A stretch of DNA of 64,000 nucleotides from assembly GCA_040879645.1 (NCBI GenBank), contig JBBDJY010000006.1:94240-158239 (forward strand), in the 5' to 3' direction. This document shows positions 1 through 9,436 of the stretch, one piece after another. The notes beneath the pieces were generated by a model. That model saw nothing but the letters and a program-made list of their open reading frames with translations. It was not told the DNA's origin and ran no database searches. Numbering within the stretch: the stretch's first letter is position 1; each line of letters starts with the position of its first letter. This stretch comes from Minisyncoccota bacterium. GTDB lineage: Bacteria; Patescibacteriota; Minisyncoccia; Phycocordibacterales; XYD1-FULL-46-19. The position numbers and the translations under genes are program-made.

Positions 1-1427
1 GGGCGGATGTAAAGAAAGCTCACGACGAAGTCTATGAACTGTTTTTTGACTTGGGAGCGGGTGATGAGCAATTGGATTTTGCCACCGTCTATGCCAATGG
101 CCGGGAGGGCTTAAGTAAACTTGATCCGGCGGAAGATTTCCCGACTGATGGCCTTGGTCTGGCTCCACTTTTGGATTTAGTCTTGGCGAAAGTTCCACCG
201 GCGACGGTGGCCGTTCCGGCTGATGGCGATTTATGTGCCCAAGTTTTTAACTTAGCCTACGATAATTTTCTTGGTCGGATGGGTATTTGCCGGATCTATG
301 CCGGTAGTTTAAAAAGCGGCCAGACCGTAATCGCCAAGGATGCCGGTGGTCACTTACATTCGGGCAAAGTCAGTAAATTATTTACTTTTGAGGGTTTAGC
401 GAAAAAGCCGGTAACTGAGGCCGTGGCCGGCGATATTGTCATGGTCGCCGGTTTGCCGGATATCTACATCAGTCAGACTCTGGTGGCCAATCCGGCGACC
501 GAGGCTTGGCCGGCGATTGCTATTGATGAGCCGACTTTGTCTTTAAATATGTTGATAAACGATTCGCCTTTTGCCGGCCGGTCGGGTAAATTCTTAACCT
601 CGCGGCAAATTCGCGAACGCTTACTCCGTGAGTTGGAAGTCAATGTCGGCTTGCAAGTTGATTTTGACGGACCGGCCGGGATTAAAGTCTTGGGTCGGGG
701 CGAATTGCATTTGGCGGTGCTGTTGGAACAAATGCGACGGGAGGGCTTTGAATTGGCCGTCTCTCAACCGGAAACGATTATCAAAGAAGTGGCTGGTGTC
801 AAACAAGAACCGTTTGAAGAAGTCACGATTTTAGTTCCCGATCAATATGTCGGCGTGGTGATGGAAAAAATTGGCAATCGCAAGGGGCTTTTATTGGATA
901 TGAAAAAAGAACGGGGGCAGACGCGATTGTCTTTTCGGATGCCGACTCGTGGCTTAATCGGTTATCGCAATGAATTTATTGTCGACACTAAGGGCGAGGG
1001 GATTTTGACCAATATTTTTCAGGCTTTTGCGCCGCTGGCCGGTGTGATTAATAAGACTAAATACGGTTCAATGATTTCCATGGAAAGCGGTAAGGTTTTG
1101 GCCTTTGCTTTAGGTGGTCTGCAGGACAGGGGAACCCTCTATATTACCCCCGGGACGGAAGTCTATGAAGGGATGGTCATCGGTAATACCGCCAAGGGCG
1201 AGGATATGATTGTCAATCCGACTAAGGGTAAGCAATTAACCAATATGCGGGCTTCCGGTTCGGACGAGACAATCCAGTTGACCCCACCTTTTGATCTGAC
1301 ACTGGAACGGGCTTTGGGTTTGATGCGTGAAGATGAATATCTGGAGATAACCCCGACAGATATTCGTTTGCGGAAAAAATATCTAACCGAAAACGATCGG
1401 AAGAAATTTGCTCGACGAAAAGGTTAA
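1..1427 (+). CDS. typA: Translational GTPase TypA/BipA; the 5' end is cut off at the window edge. The frame is open from nt 3, upstream of the listed TTG at 51.
   Basis: Translation reads ...ADVKKAHDEVYELFFDLGAGDEQLDFATVYANG..., the typical TypA middle and C-terminal region. The ORF is long and the frame continues to the window start. Confidence 0.88.
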   Translation, partial: ADVKKAHDEVYELFFDLGAGDEQLDFATVYANGREGLSKLDPAEDFPTDGLGLAPLLDLVLAKVPPATVAVPADGDLCAQVFNLAYDNFLGRMGICRIYAGSLKSGQTVIAKDAGGHLHSGKVSKLFTFEGLAKKPVTEAVAGDIVMVAGLPDIYISQTLVANPATEAWPAIAIDEPTLSLNMLINDSPFAGRSGKFLTSRQIRERLLRELEVNVGLQVDFDGPAGIKVLGRGELHLAVLLEQMRREGFELAVSQPETIIKEVAGVKQEPFEEVTILVPDQYVGVVMEKIGNRKGLLLDMKKERGQTRLSFRMPTRGLIGYRNEFIVDTKGEGILTNIFQAFAPLAGVINKTKYGSMISMESGKVLAFALGGLQDRGTLYITPGTEVYEGMVIGNTAKGEDMIVNPTKGKQLTNMRASGSDETIQLTPPFDLTLERALGLMREDEYLEITPTDIRLRKKYLTENDRKKFARRKG

Positions 1428-1451
1428 AATTTGCAAAATGTACACTTTTGA

Positions 1452-1480
1452 TTGACAAACCTACTACTAGGTGCTACTAT
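1452..1480 (+). promoter_or_regulatory. Sigma70-like promoter (TTGACA, 17-nt spacer, TACTAT) followed by a leader of about 75 nt upstream of the DEAD-box helicase.
   Basis: The sequence ttgattGACAaacctactactaggtgcTACTATcaaaat is seen directly. Confidence 0.5.
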
Positions 1481-1556
1481 CAAAATACCTTATTGAATAT
1501 CGAGCTATCGTCTAGTATCGCTGTTCAAAAGCGAAATTAGACATAATCGATATTGC

Positions 1557-2783
1557 ATGAATAACTCATATCAAACCACCCGCCGAGGCGGGGGTCAGGC
1601 GACTTTTCGTCGTCAAGCCACTTCCAAACGAAGCCCTAATCGGTCTTTTCGAGGTGGAGGGGGTAATCGTTTTCGGGGCAAAAAAATCAGCCACGATAAA
1701 TTTATCAATAAAAATCCCAGTGCGCCGGTTGAAGAAAATTACGCACCGGTTCACACTTTTCGTGACTTTGGTTTTGATCGTCAATTGACCAATAACTTGG
1801 TTAAAAAGGGCTATCAAATTCCGACCAAAATCCAAGATGAGGCCATTCCGCAAATTCTGAATGGTCGGGATATTGTTGGTCTGGCCAATACCGGCTCGGG
1901 TAAGACGGCCGCTTTTGTCTTGCCAATTATTCAAAAATTAATCAAACAAAAGAATCGGGAGACCGTCTTGGTGATTACGCCGACGCGCGAATTGGCTCAG
2001 CAAATCCAGGGTGAATTCAAGCAATTTGCCGATCGCTTGCGTTTGTATTCAGTTTTATGTGTCGGCGGTTTGAATATTCGCCAACAAATCAGAGAGATTA
2101 AACGCGAACCGCAAATGATTATCGGCACGCCGGGGCGATTAAAAGACTTGTTACAACAAGGAGAATTAAATTTGCGACCGACAACCACTTTGGTCTTGGA
2201 TGAGGCCGATCGGATGTTGGATATGGGCTTTTTGCCCGATGTTAAATTTATCATTGGTAAATTGCCGGCCAAGCGTCAGTCGCTGTGCTTTAGTGCAACG
2301 ATGGTGCCGGAGATTAGCCGATTACTGGCCGACTTATTACACGAACCGGTAACCATTTCGGTTCGCAGTTTGCGTACCGCCGAACATATCGGCCAAGATG
2401 TTATCCGAGCCCAAAGTAAAGAAGAGAAACTGGCCAAATTGACCGCTCTTTTAGCCCAAGCGCATTTTACTCGCGTGTTGGTTTTTGCCGAAATGAAGTT
2501 TAGCGTCCAGCGATTAGCTGATGATTTAACCAAAGCCGGTTTTCCGGCGGTGGCGATTCATGGTAATAAGTCACAACCTCAGCGCAGTCGGGCCCTGAAC
2601 GCCTTTAAAACCGGCCAGGTCAAGATTTTGGTGGCGACCGATGTCGCCGCTCGGGGTTTGGATATTCCGGCCGTTAGTCAAGTAATTAACTTTGACCAGC
2701 CCAATACTTACGAAGAGTATATTCACCGGATTGGTCGGACCGGCCGAGCCGGCCTGTCGGGTCAGGCCTACACTTTTATTTAA
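1557..2783 (+). CDS. DEAD-box ATP-dependent RNA helicase with an N-terminal Arg/Gly-rich (RGG-like) extension.
   Basis: Motifs GSGKTAAF (I), PTRELA (Ia), LDEADRML (DEAD), FSAT (III), HRIGRTGRAG (VI). The N-terminus reads RRGGGQATFRR...RGGGGNRFRGKK. Confidence 0.9.
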   Translation: MNNSYQTTRRGGGQATFRRQATSKRSPNRSFRGGGGNRFRGKKISHDKFINKNPSAPVEENYAPVHTFRDFGFDRQLTNNLVKKGYQIPTKIQDEAIPQILNGRDIVGLANTGSGKTAAFVLPIIQKLIKQKNRETVLVITPTRELAQQIQGEFKQFADRLRLYSVLCVGGLNIRQQIREIKREPQMIIGTPGRLKDLLQQGELNLRPTTTLVLDEADRMLDMGFLPDVKFIIGKLPAKRQSLCFSATMVPEISRLLADLLHEPVTISVRSLRTAEHIGQDVIRAQSKEEKLAKLTALLAQAHFTRVLVFAEMKFSVQRLADDLTKAGFPAVAIHGNKSQPQRSRALNAFKTGQVKILVATDVAARGLDIPAVSQVINFDQPNTYEEYIHRIGRTGRAGLSGQAYTFI

Positions 2784-2830
2784 AGGCCGCTTCGCTTAGA
2801 CTGTTAGCAGAGGCAAACGATGGAGGATTA

Positions 2831-3052
2831 TTGATGAATATTTCATCAATCAAGACGGCAAATTTTTTTCCTTGGTCTTTACCGCAAACGGCGACGATTG
2901 CTTCTTCCCAAGTTTCGGAACCGGATCAGCCGGCTAGTCGGCAAAATCGCGATTGGGACGCGTTAAACATTGCCGAGCAATATGACCGGTGGGCGAAAAT
3001 CGTTTGCCCGGTCAATGCTTTGGTCGGCAGTCATTTTGATGCCCGTCGGTAG
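2831..3052 (+). CDS. Small hypothetical protein (73 aa).
   Basis: A GGAGGA Shine-Dalgarno sits 6 nt before the ATG, and a strong terminator follows immediately. Confidence 0.4.
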   Translation: MMNISSIKTANFFPWSLPQTATIASSQVSEPDQPASRQNRDWDALNIAEQYDRWAKIVCPVNALVGSHFDARR

Positions 3053-3055
3053 AGT

Positions 3056-3091
3056 CCGGGCCTTCGCTATGAGCGAAGGCCCGGTTTTTTG
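3056..3091 (+). terminator. Rho-independent terminator.
   Basis: The hairpin ccgggccttcgctatgagcgaaggcccgg is followed by tttttt. Confidence 0.8.
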
Positions 3092-3196
3092 TTATTGACG
3101 GATCCGGCCGACCGGCTTTACGGGCGGATTATTTTGGTTTAATCTTTAATTATAAGGTCAATTAGATAATTACTAAATGGGGAGTTTTGATTTCTG

Positions 3197-3925
3197 ATGA
3201 AAAAACATCTTAATCAAGTTTTACTTTCATTCATTACTGGCTTATTTGGCTGGCATGAAGCGGAAAAAATATTTGAAAAAATCCAAATTGCTTTGACGAT
3301 AGTGATGCAATTGGCTTTTATCGGTGCTTTTATCCTCGGTTTTTTTGAGCGTCAATGGGTGATGATGTTCGTTAGTGTGGTGGCCATGCTCACTATTTGG
3401 TTACCGGTGTTGGTGGCTAATCGTCGCCGAGTCCATATCCCGATAGAGTTTGAATTCTTGTTAACCGCTTTTTTGTACGGGACTTTATTTTTAGGCGAGA
3501 TTCGCGGTTTTTACACTCGGTTTTGGTGGTGGGATGCCATCTTGCACGCCGGCGCCGGTTTGGCCCTCGGTTTCCTCGGTTTTCTTATCCTCTATATTTT
3601 ACATTACAATCAACGGTTGAATTTAAGTCCAGGCTGGTTGGCTTTCTTTTCTTTTACTTTTGCCCTGGCTCTTGGGGCTTTGTGGGAAATCTTTGAGTTT
3701 AACCTGGATTCAAATTTTAGTTTGAATATGCAAAAGAGTTTACGCGACACGATGTGGGATATGGTTATGGATACCGGAGGCGCTTTCATTACTTCCGTCT
3801 CCGGTTATTTGTATTTAAAGTCTAATCGGCGCGGTGTCGGTGTTTTTGAGCATTATCTAATGGCTTATCTTAAAAAGAATTTACCGCCGGTCAAAGCAGG
3901 GGAAACCGGTCGTAATTTTGTATAG
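3197..3925 (+). CDS. Polytopic membrane protein of unknown function.
   Basis: The 242-aa ORF has about six hydrophobic helices. Confidence 0.6.
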   Translation: MKKHLNQVLLSFITGLFGWHEAEKIFEKIQIALTIVMQLAFIGAFILGFFERQWVMMFVSVVAMLTIWLPVLVANRRRVHIPIEFEFLLTAFLYGTLFLGEIRGFYTRFWWWDAILHAGAGLALGFLGFLILYILHYNQRLNLSPGWLAFFSFTFALALGALWEIFEFNLDSNFSLNMQKSLRDTMWDMVMDTGGAFITSVSGYLYLKSNRRGVGVFEHYLMAYLKKNLPPVKAGETGRNFV

Positions 3926-3926
3926 A

Positions 3927-3965
3927 AAAACCGCCCGGCCGGAAAAACGGCTTGGGCGGTTGGCC
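3927..3965. terminator. Hairpin terminator between convergent genes, used mainly by the minus-strand RlpA-like gene.
   Basis: The hairpin ccgcccggccggaaaaacggcttgggcgg has a T-run on the minus strand. Confidence 0.55.
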
Positions 3966-3978
3966 ATCGTCAAGCTGA

Positions 3979-4335
3979 TTAATTGACGATGATAACGGTT
4001 AGGGTTTCAATCCCTTTGTCTTTGAAACCAAGCCGGTCGGCTAAAGTTTCGGAGACGTCCAGATCACGATCACCGACAAAAGGTCCGCGATCCAAGACCG
4101 TGGCGGCGACGACTTGGTTGGTTTCGGGATTGATGATAATCAATTTAGTCCCGAAGGGTAGATCGGGATGGGCGACGACCGGATCTTCTCGGTGGAAGAT
4201 TTCGCCACTGGCCATTGGTCGGCCACAAAAACCCGGACCGTACCAACTGGCGGTCATCGTTTCGACTTTGACGGGGAGGCGGATTAATCCGGCCTCAAAA
4301 CCGCCGGTTAGCAAAACAAATAACAGACTGATCAT
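3979..4335 (-). CDS. RlpA-like double-psi beta-barrel (DPBB) domain protein, probably a lytic transglycosylase. The start was moved to an internal Met.
   Basis: TASWYGPGFCGRPMASGEIF is the canonical RlpA/DPBB signature. The N-terminal signal-like segment reads MISLLFVLLTGG, and GAAAGGAAG lies upstream of this ATG. Confidence 0.7.
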   Translation of the reverse strand: MISLLFVLLTGGFEAGLIRLPVKVETMTASWYGPGFCGRPMASGEIFHREDPVVAHPDLPFGTKLIIINPETNQVVAATVLDRGPFVGDRDLDVSETLADRLGFKDKGIETLTVIIVN

Positions 4336-4522
4336 TCGCTTCCTTTCGTTTGCAAACAAAGAACTGACTGGATAGACATTAATATAATTTATTAAACCTG
4401 TCAAATTTTTAAATTTTTCGCCAAAACAGTTGATAAGTTTTTTGGTTTTTAAATTAAAAACAGTGTATGATGTAAGTGATAAACTTTTTAATATTAAAGT
4501 TAGCATTTAAACAAATAGTCCT

Positions 4523-6940
4523 ATGACAAATGATGAGCAATTTATCTATTGGTTTGACCAACTGGATAACAATGATGTGGCGCGAGTTGGCGGGAAGAAT
4601 GCTTCTTTGGGCGAAATGTACCAAAAATTGGTGTCTCAAGGAATTAATTTGCCCAATGGTTTCGCCATTACCGCCGGCGCCTATTTTTATTTTTTAGAGC
4701 AAGCCGGTTTGAAGGATAAAATCAAAGAAATTTTGAGCGATTTAAATACGGCCGATATTGATAATTTAATGGAACGGGGCAAGGAAGTTCGCAAGTTGAT
4801 TTTACAGGCCGAATTACCAGCTGATTTGAGGGAGCAAATTTTTGAGGCTTATCGCGATCTGGAAAATGCCTACAATAAAAAAGATGTTGATGTTGCCGTC
4901 CGTTCTTCGGCGACAGCTGAAGATTTGCCGGATGCATCTTTTGCCGGCCAGCAAGACACTTATCTCAACGTTTCCGGCGAAGATGATTTACTGTCGGCGG
5001 TTAAGCATTGTATGGCCTCGCTTTTTACCAATCGGGCCATTTCCTATCGTCAGGACAAGGGCTTTGATCATCTGTCTATCGGTCTATCGGTCGGCGTGCA
5101 GAAAATGGTTCGAACCGACAAGGGCTCATCGGGCGTGATGTTTAGTATTGATACCGAAAGCGGTTTTCAAGATGCCGTTTTGGTTAACTCTTCTTGGGGG
5201 CTGGGTGAGAATGTGGTCCAAGGTAAAGTGACGCCGGATGAATTTTTAGTTTTTGAACCGACCTTAATGGCCGGCTTTGCGCCGATTGTTTATCGCCGTA
5301 AGGGTACGAAGAAGATTAAAATGATTTACGCCGCCGGTGGTGAGCGGACCAAAGATGTGGCGACGACGAAGAAAGAACAAGCAGCTTGGTCTTTAACTGA
5401 TGACGAAATTTTACAATTGGCCCGCTGGGCAATTCAGATTGAACGGCATTACCATCGGCCGATGGATATGGAGTGGGGCAAAGATGGCGAAACCGGCCAA
5501 TTATTTATTCTTCAGGCTCGACCGGAAACCATTCACGCCACCAAAGCGGTGACGGTTTTGGAAGAGTATAAATTGGAAGAAAGAGGTAAAGTTTTGGCCA
5601 CCGGCGCGGCGGTCGGGGCGAAAATCTCTTCCGGCCGGGCGCGAATTATCCAAAGTGTTAAAGAAATCAATAAATTTGAAGCCGGCGAAATTTTAATTAC
5701 CGATATGACTGATCCGGATTGGGAACCGATAATGAAAATCGCCGCCGGGATTATTACTAATAAAGGTGGGCGGACTTGCCACGCGGCCATTGTCTCACGC
5801 GAATTGGGGATTCCTTGTATTGTCGGTACCGGTGATGCTACTGATAAAATAACCGATGGCCAAGAAGTAACCTTGTCTTGCGCCGAGGGTGATGTTGGCC
5901 GAGTCTATGAAGGTAAAGTCGCTTTTACTCGGATTGATACCGATTTGACCGGCCTGGAAACACCGGAAACCAAAATTATGATGAATATCGGCCAGCCGGA
6001 TATCGCTTTCCGATCATCATTTATTCCCAATAGCGGTGTCGGTTTGGCCCGAGAAGAATTCATCATTATCAATCAAGTTAAAATCCACCCCTTGGCCTTG
6101 CTCCATTATGACAACTTAAAAGATACCAAAGCCAAAAAAGAAATTACCGCTTTGACTGACGGTTATGACGACAAGGGACAATATTTTGTTGATCGGTTGG
6201 CGGAAGGGGTTGGCCAGATTGCCGCCGCTTTTTATCCGAAAGATGTCATTTTGCGTTTGTCGGACTTTAAGTCCAATGAATATGCTAACTTAATCGGTGG
6301 GGCGGAATTTGAACCGACCGAATCCAATCCGATGATCGGCTGGCGTGGGGCTTCGCGTTATTATGCCGAGGAATATAAACAGGCCTTTTTATTGGAATGC
6401 CGAGCGATTAAAAAAGTCCGTGACGAAATGGGTTTGGTTAATACCAAGGTGATGGTACCGTTTTGCCGGACGCCGGAAGAAGGCCGGAAAGTTATCGGCG
6501 TCATGGCTGAAGGGGGATTAGTCCAAGGTGAAAATGGCTTGGAAATTTATATGATGTGCGAGATTCCATCCAATGTGATTTTAGCCGATGAATTTTGTGA
6601 TATTTTTGACGGCCTATCCATCGGTTCCAATGACCTGACTCAGTTGATTTTGGGCGTTGATCGTGATTCGTCTTTAGTCGCTCATATTTATGATGAGCGC
6701 AATGAGGCGGTCAAGCGGATGATTAGTCAAGTAATTAAATCGGCTAAAGCCAAGAATAAAAAAATCGGCATTTGTGGTCAGGCGCCGTCTGATTTTCCCG
6801 ACTTTGCCCAATTTTTGGTTCAGGCCGGGATTGATAGCATCTCCTTAAATCCCGATACGGTAGTCAAAACCACCTTGGCGATTTTGGAAGAAGAAAAAAC
6901 TTTGCGTTTGGCCGAAGATGGAAGTGACGACGAAAATTAA
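4523..6940 (+). CDS. ppsA: Phosphoenolpyruvate synthase (pyruvate, water dikinase).
   Basis: 805 aa, with the phosphohistidine region GGRTCHAAIVSRELGIPCIVG and a PEP-utilising C-terminal domain. Confidence 0.9.
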   Translation: MTNDEQFIYWFDQLDNNDVARVGGKNASLGEMYQKLVSQGINLPNGFAITAGAYFYFLEQAGLKDKIKEILSDLNTADIDNLMERGKEVRKLILQAELPADLREQIFEAYRDLENAYNKKDVDVAVRSSATAEDLPDASFAGQQDTYLNVSGEDDLLSAVKHCMASLFTNRAISYRQDKGFDHLSIGLSVGVQKMVRTDKGSSGVMFSIDTESGFQDAVLVNSSWGLGENVVQGKVTPDEFLVFEPTLMAGFAPIVYRRKGTKKIKMIYAAGGERTKDVATTKKEQAAWSLTDDEILQLARWAIQIERHYHRPMDMEWGKDGETGQLFILQARPETIHATKAVTVLEEYKLEERGKVLATGAAVGAKISSGRARIIQSVKEINKFEAGEILITDMTDPDWEPIMKIAAGIITNKGGRTCHAAIVSRELGIPCIVGTGDATDKITDGQEVTLSCAEGDVGRVYEGKVAFTRIDTDLTGLETPETKIMMNIGQPDIAFRSSFIPNSGVGLAREEFIIINQVKIHPLALLHYDNLKDTKAKKEITALTDGYDDKGQYFVDRLAEGVGQIAAAFYPKDVILRLSDFKSNEYANLIGGAEFEPTESNPMIGWRGASRYYAEEYKQAFLLECRAIKKVRDEMGLVNTKVMVPFCRTPEEGRKVIGVMAEGGLVQGENGLEIYMMCEIPSNVILADEFCDIFDGLSIGSNDLTQLILGVDRDSSLVAHIYDERNEAVKRMISQVIKSAKAKNKKIGICGQAPSDFPDFAQFLVQAGIDSISLNPDTVVKTTLAILEEEKTLRLAEDGSDDEN

Positions 6941-6944
6941 TTTT

Positions 6945-8171
6945 TTACTTACCATCAATGGTGGTAATCGCCAGTAGGCGTTTGTATTTTTGGTCGCGGA
7001 AATTGGCGTCCGGGGCACCGGCTTTTAGGCCGAAACAACCGAAAGCGTAAGCAATGTCGGCGATAAAAGTGTCGGTTGTTTCGCCACTCCGGTGACTGGC
7101 AATGGTTTTAATGCCGGCGGTATGAGCCAGGTTAATGGTATTAATGGTTTCGGTCAGGGTACCGATTTGATTGGGTTTAATGATTAAGGAGTTGATGCTG
7201 TCGGCCTCAATCGCTTGTTGTAAGCGGTCTTCTTTAGTGACGGTTAAATCATCACCAATAATTAAGGCATTAAATAAGTGTTTCTTTAAATTAGCAAAAG
7301 CAGTAAAGTCTTCTTCGGCAAACGGGTCTTCCAAACCAAAGAGGGAATATTGACGGAAAATATTTTGATACCAACGACTTAATTGTTCGGTCGTAAAAGT
7401 TTGATCGGCCAGTTGGTATTGACCGTCTCGGTAAAAGGAATTAGCGGCGGCGTCCAAACCGAATTTAACTCGGTCCCGGTCGGTGACGGCTTCAGTTAAT
7501 AATTCCAAGGGTAATTCGGGATCCGGATCATTAATGGCCAAGCCACCCTCATCGCCTTGGGTGAAGTCGCTTGGCGCGAAGCGTTTAGCCACCAATGTTT
7601 CCAAGTGAGCGAAGGTTTGCCGGCCAATGGCCAAGGCTTGGCGAATATCGTTGGTTTGGGGAATAACTTGATACTCTTGGATGGCACTGCCGTAAGGAGC
7701 ATGGGCGCCGCCATTGATTAAGTTCATAAATAAATGTGGTGGGGGAGCGGTCTGGTTTTGAGGAGATAATGGTTTGAGATATTGGAATAATTCTTGATTG
7801 TTTTCGCTGGCGGCGGCCCGGGCAATGGCAATACTGGCGCCAATCATCGCATTGCCACCGAGGCGACTTTTATTCTCCGTCCCGTCGGCATCAATCATCA
7901 ATTGGTCAAGTTTGTCTTGTTCGGATACTTCTTGGCCAACCAGTAAATCGGCAATCTCTTTCAAACCGGCTAAGGCTTCCGGTAAAGGTAAAGCCAGGGC
8001 TTCGCGGGCACCGGTTGAGGCGCCGGCCGGGACGAAACAATAACCCTCGGCCAAAGTGTCGGTTTTGACGGTGACCGCCAGTGTTGGTTTTTGTCGCGAA
8101 TCAAGGATTTCTTGGCCGGTGATGGAAGTGATTTTAGACATATTATTTTTCGTTAGCTTTGGGATATTCAA
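6945..8171 (-). CDS. eno: Enolase. An alternative start at 8141 (MSKITSI...) would abut the stop of the upstream gene.
   Basis: SHRSGETTDTFIADIAYA and ILDSRQKPTLAVTV are typical enolase motifs. Confidence 0.9.
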   Translation of the reverse strand: MNIPKLTKNNMSKITSITGQEILDSRQKPTLAVTVKTDTLAEGYCFVPAGASTGAREALALPLPEALAGLKEIADLLVGQEVSEQDKLDQLMIDADGTENKSRLGGNAMIGASIAIARAAASENNQELFQYLKPLSPQNQTAPPPHLFMNLINGGAHAPYGSAIQEYQVIPQTNDIRQALAIGRQTFAHLETLVAKRFAPSDFTQGDEGGLAINDPDPELPLELLTEAVTDRDRVKFGLDAAANSFYRDGQYQLADQTFTTEQLSRWYQNIFRQYSLFGLEDPFAEEDFTAFANLKKHLFNALIIGDDLTVTKEDRLQQAIEADSINSLIIKPNQIGTLTETINTINLAHTAGIKTIASHRSGETTDTFIADIAYAFGCFGLKAGAPDANFRDQKYKRLLAITTIDGK

Positions 8172-9435
8172 GTAAGAGCATTAAGTCGGAAACATTAGAT
8201 TCAATTCGACCGGTCATAATCAAGTCATTGGTCTGGCGGAAAAAGTTAAAAGAATCAATTTGTTTGAGATATTCACCAATATTTAAATTTAATTGTTCGG
8301 CCTTGGTTTTGGTTTTACTGTCAATCAAGGCGCCGGCCGCTTCAGTATTATCGTAACCATCCGAGGCGAAAGCGACAAACACTTGATTGGCTTTTAATTT
8401 TTCAAGCATCGTCAAAGCGAAAAAAGTATTGCGACCGCCCTGGCCGGTGTTTTTCGGGCCGACGATTAAGCTTAATTCGCCGGCGGCCACCAGTGCTTGG
8501 CCGGTTTTGGCTTGAGCGGTAAATAAATCGACCGCTTCGGTCATCGGCATAGTCAGATCGTTGCCGATAACGGTGGCGGTAAAACCAAGTTCCTCGGCTT
8601 TTTTTGCCATGGCGGCGGTGGCGGTATGACTGCTAGTCAGGGGAATATTGGTCACTCGTTCAAAGTATTTATTGTCTTTGGTCGTCTCTATCAGTTCAAA
8701 CTGGCCCAAATTATATCGATCAATAATCGCTTGGGCGTCGGCAACCGTGCTATTGTCGCGATAGGTGGCACCGGAAGCCACCAGTTCGTATTGTTCGCCC
8801 GGCACATCACAGAAAATCAGACCGACGACTTCGGCCGGATAAAGGGCTTCAGCCAGCCCCCCACCTTTTAAAATGGAAATATGTTTGCGGACGGTATTTA
8901 ATTCGTGGATGGTGCCACCGGTTGTTAGGAATTTTTGATAAAGGCGTTGGCCTTGTTCAGCTTCGGTTTCGGTTGGACACAGTAAACTCGAACCGCCACC
9001 GGAAACGACGACAATCACCAAATCATCTTCATCAACCTCTTTGCTTAATTCGAGAATTTTTTTGGAAGCGGCAACGTTGGCGGCCGAGGGCATCGGGTGG
9101 GTACCGACATAGGTGTCGATGATTTGGCATAAATTGTCGGCCATGCCGATGACCGTTCCTTTTTTAATCAAGCCCCCCAGGATTTGTTCCAAGGTGGCGG
9201 CCGCTTGGCAAGAGATTTTACCAAAACCAATGACAAAGATGTTTTTATAATCAGGTAAGTGGTAGGTTTTATCGCCAAAGTATAAAGTCTCGCCGTCCAA
9301 ACGGACTTTTTCTCGGATAATGGCGGGAGTGTCGATAGCTCGATAACCGGCTTCAACTATCGTTATCGCTTCCAGTCGGCGTTGGTCACCCTTAGTCAAA
9401 GTCTCGGTATTTTTGATGTAAGATTGATTGGACAT
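8143..9435 (-). CDS. Glycerate kinase, MOFRL/GckA-type glycerate 2-kinase family.
   Basis: 430 aa. The VVVSGGGSSLLC segment and overall layout resemble MOFRL-family glycerate kinases. This is recalled from memory and has not been searched. Confidence 0.55.
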   Translation of the reverse strand: MSNQSYIKNTETLTKGDQRRLEAITIVEAGYRAIDTPAIIREKVRLDGETLYFGDKTYHLPDYKNIFVIGFGKISCQAAATLEQILGGLIKKGTVIGMADNLCQIIDTYVGTHPMPSAANVAASKKILELSKEVDEDDLVIVVVSGGGSSLLCPTETEAEQGQRLYQKFLTTGGTIHELNTVRKHISILKGGGLAEALYPAEVVGLIFCDVPGEQYELVASGATYRDNSTVADAQAIIDRYNLGQFELIETTKDNKYFERVTNIPLTSSHTATAAMAKKAEELGFTATVIGNDLTMPMTEAVDLFTAQAKTGQALVAAGELSLIVGPKNTGQGGRNTFFALTMLEKLKANQVFVAFASDGYDNTEAAGALIDSKTKTKAEQLNLNIGEYLKQIDSFNFFRQTNDLIMTGRIESNVSDLMLLLEYPKANEK

Positions 9436-9436
9436 T

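Noticed and set aside
621-2533. Small antisense or alternate-frame ORFs inside typA and the helicase gene (621-806, 628-834, 1222-1458, 1566-1934, 1997-2272, 2276-2533).
   Set aside because: They are embedded in well-supported long genes and have no independent signals.
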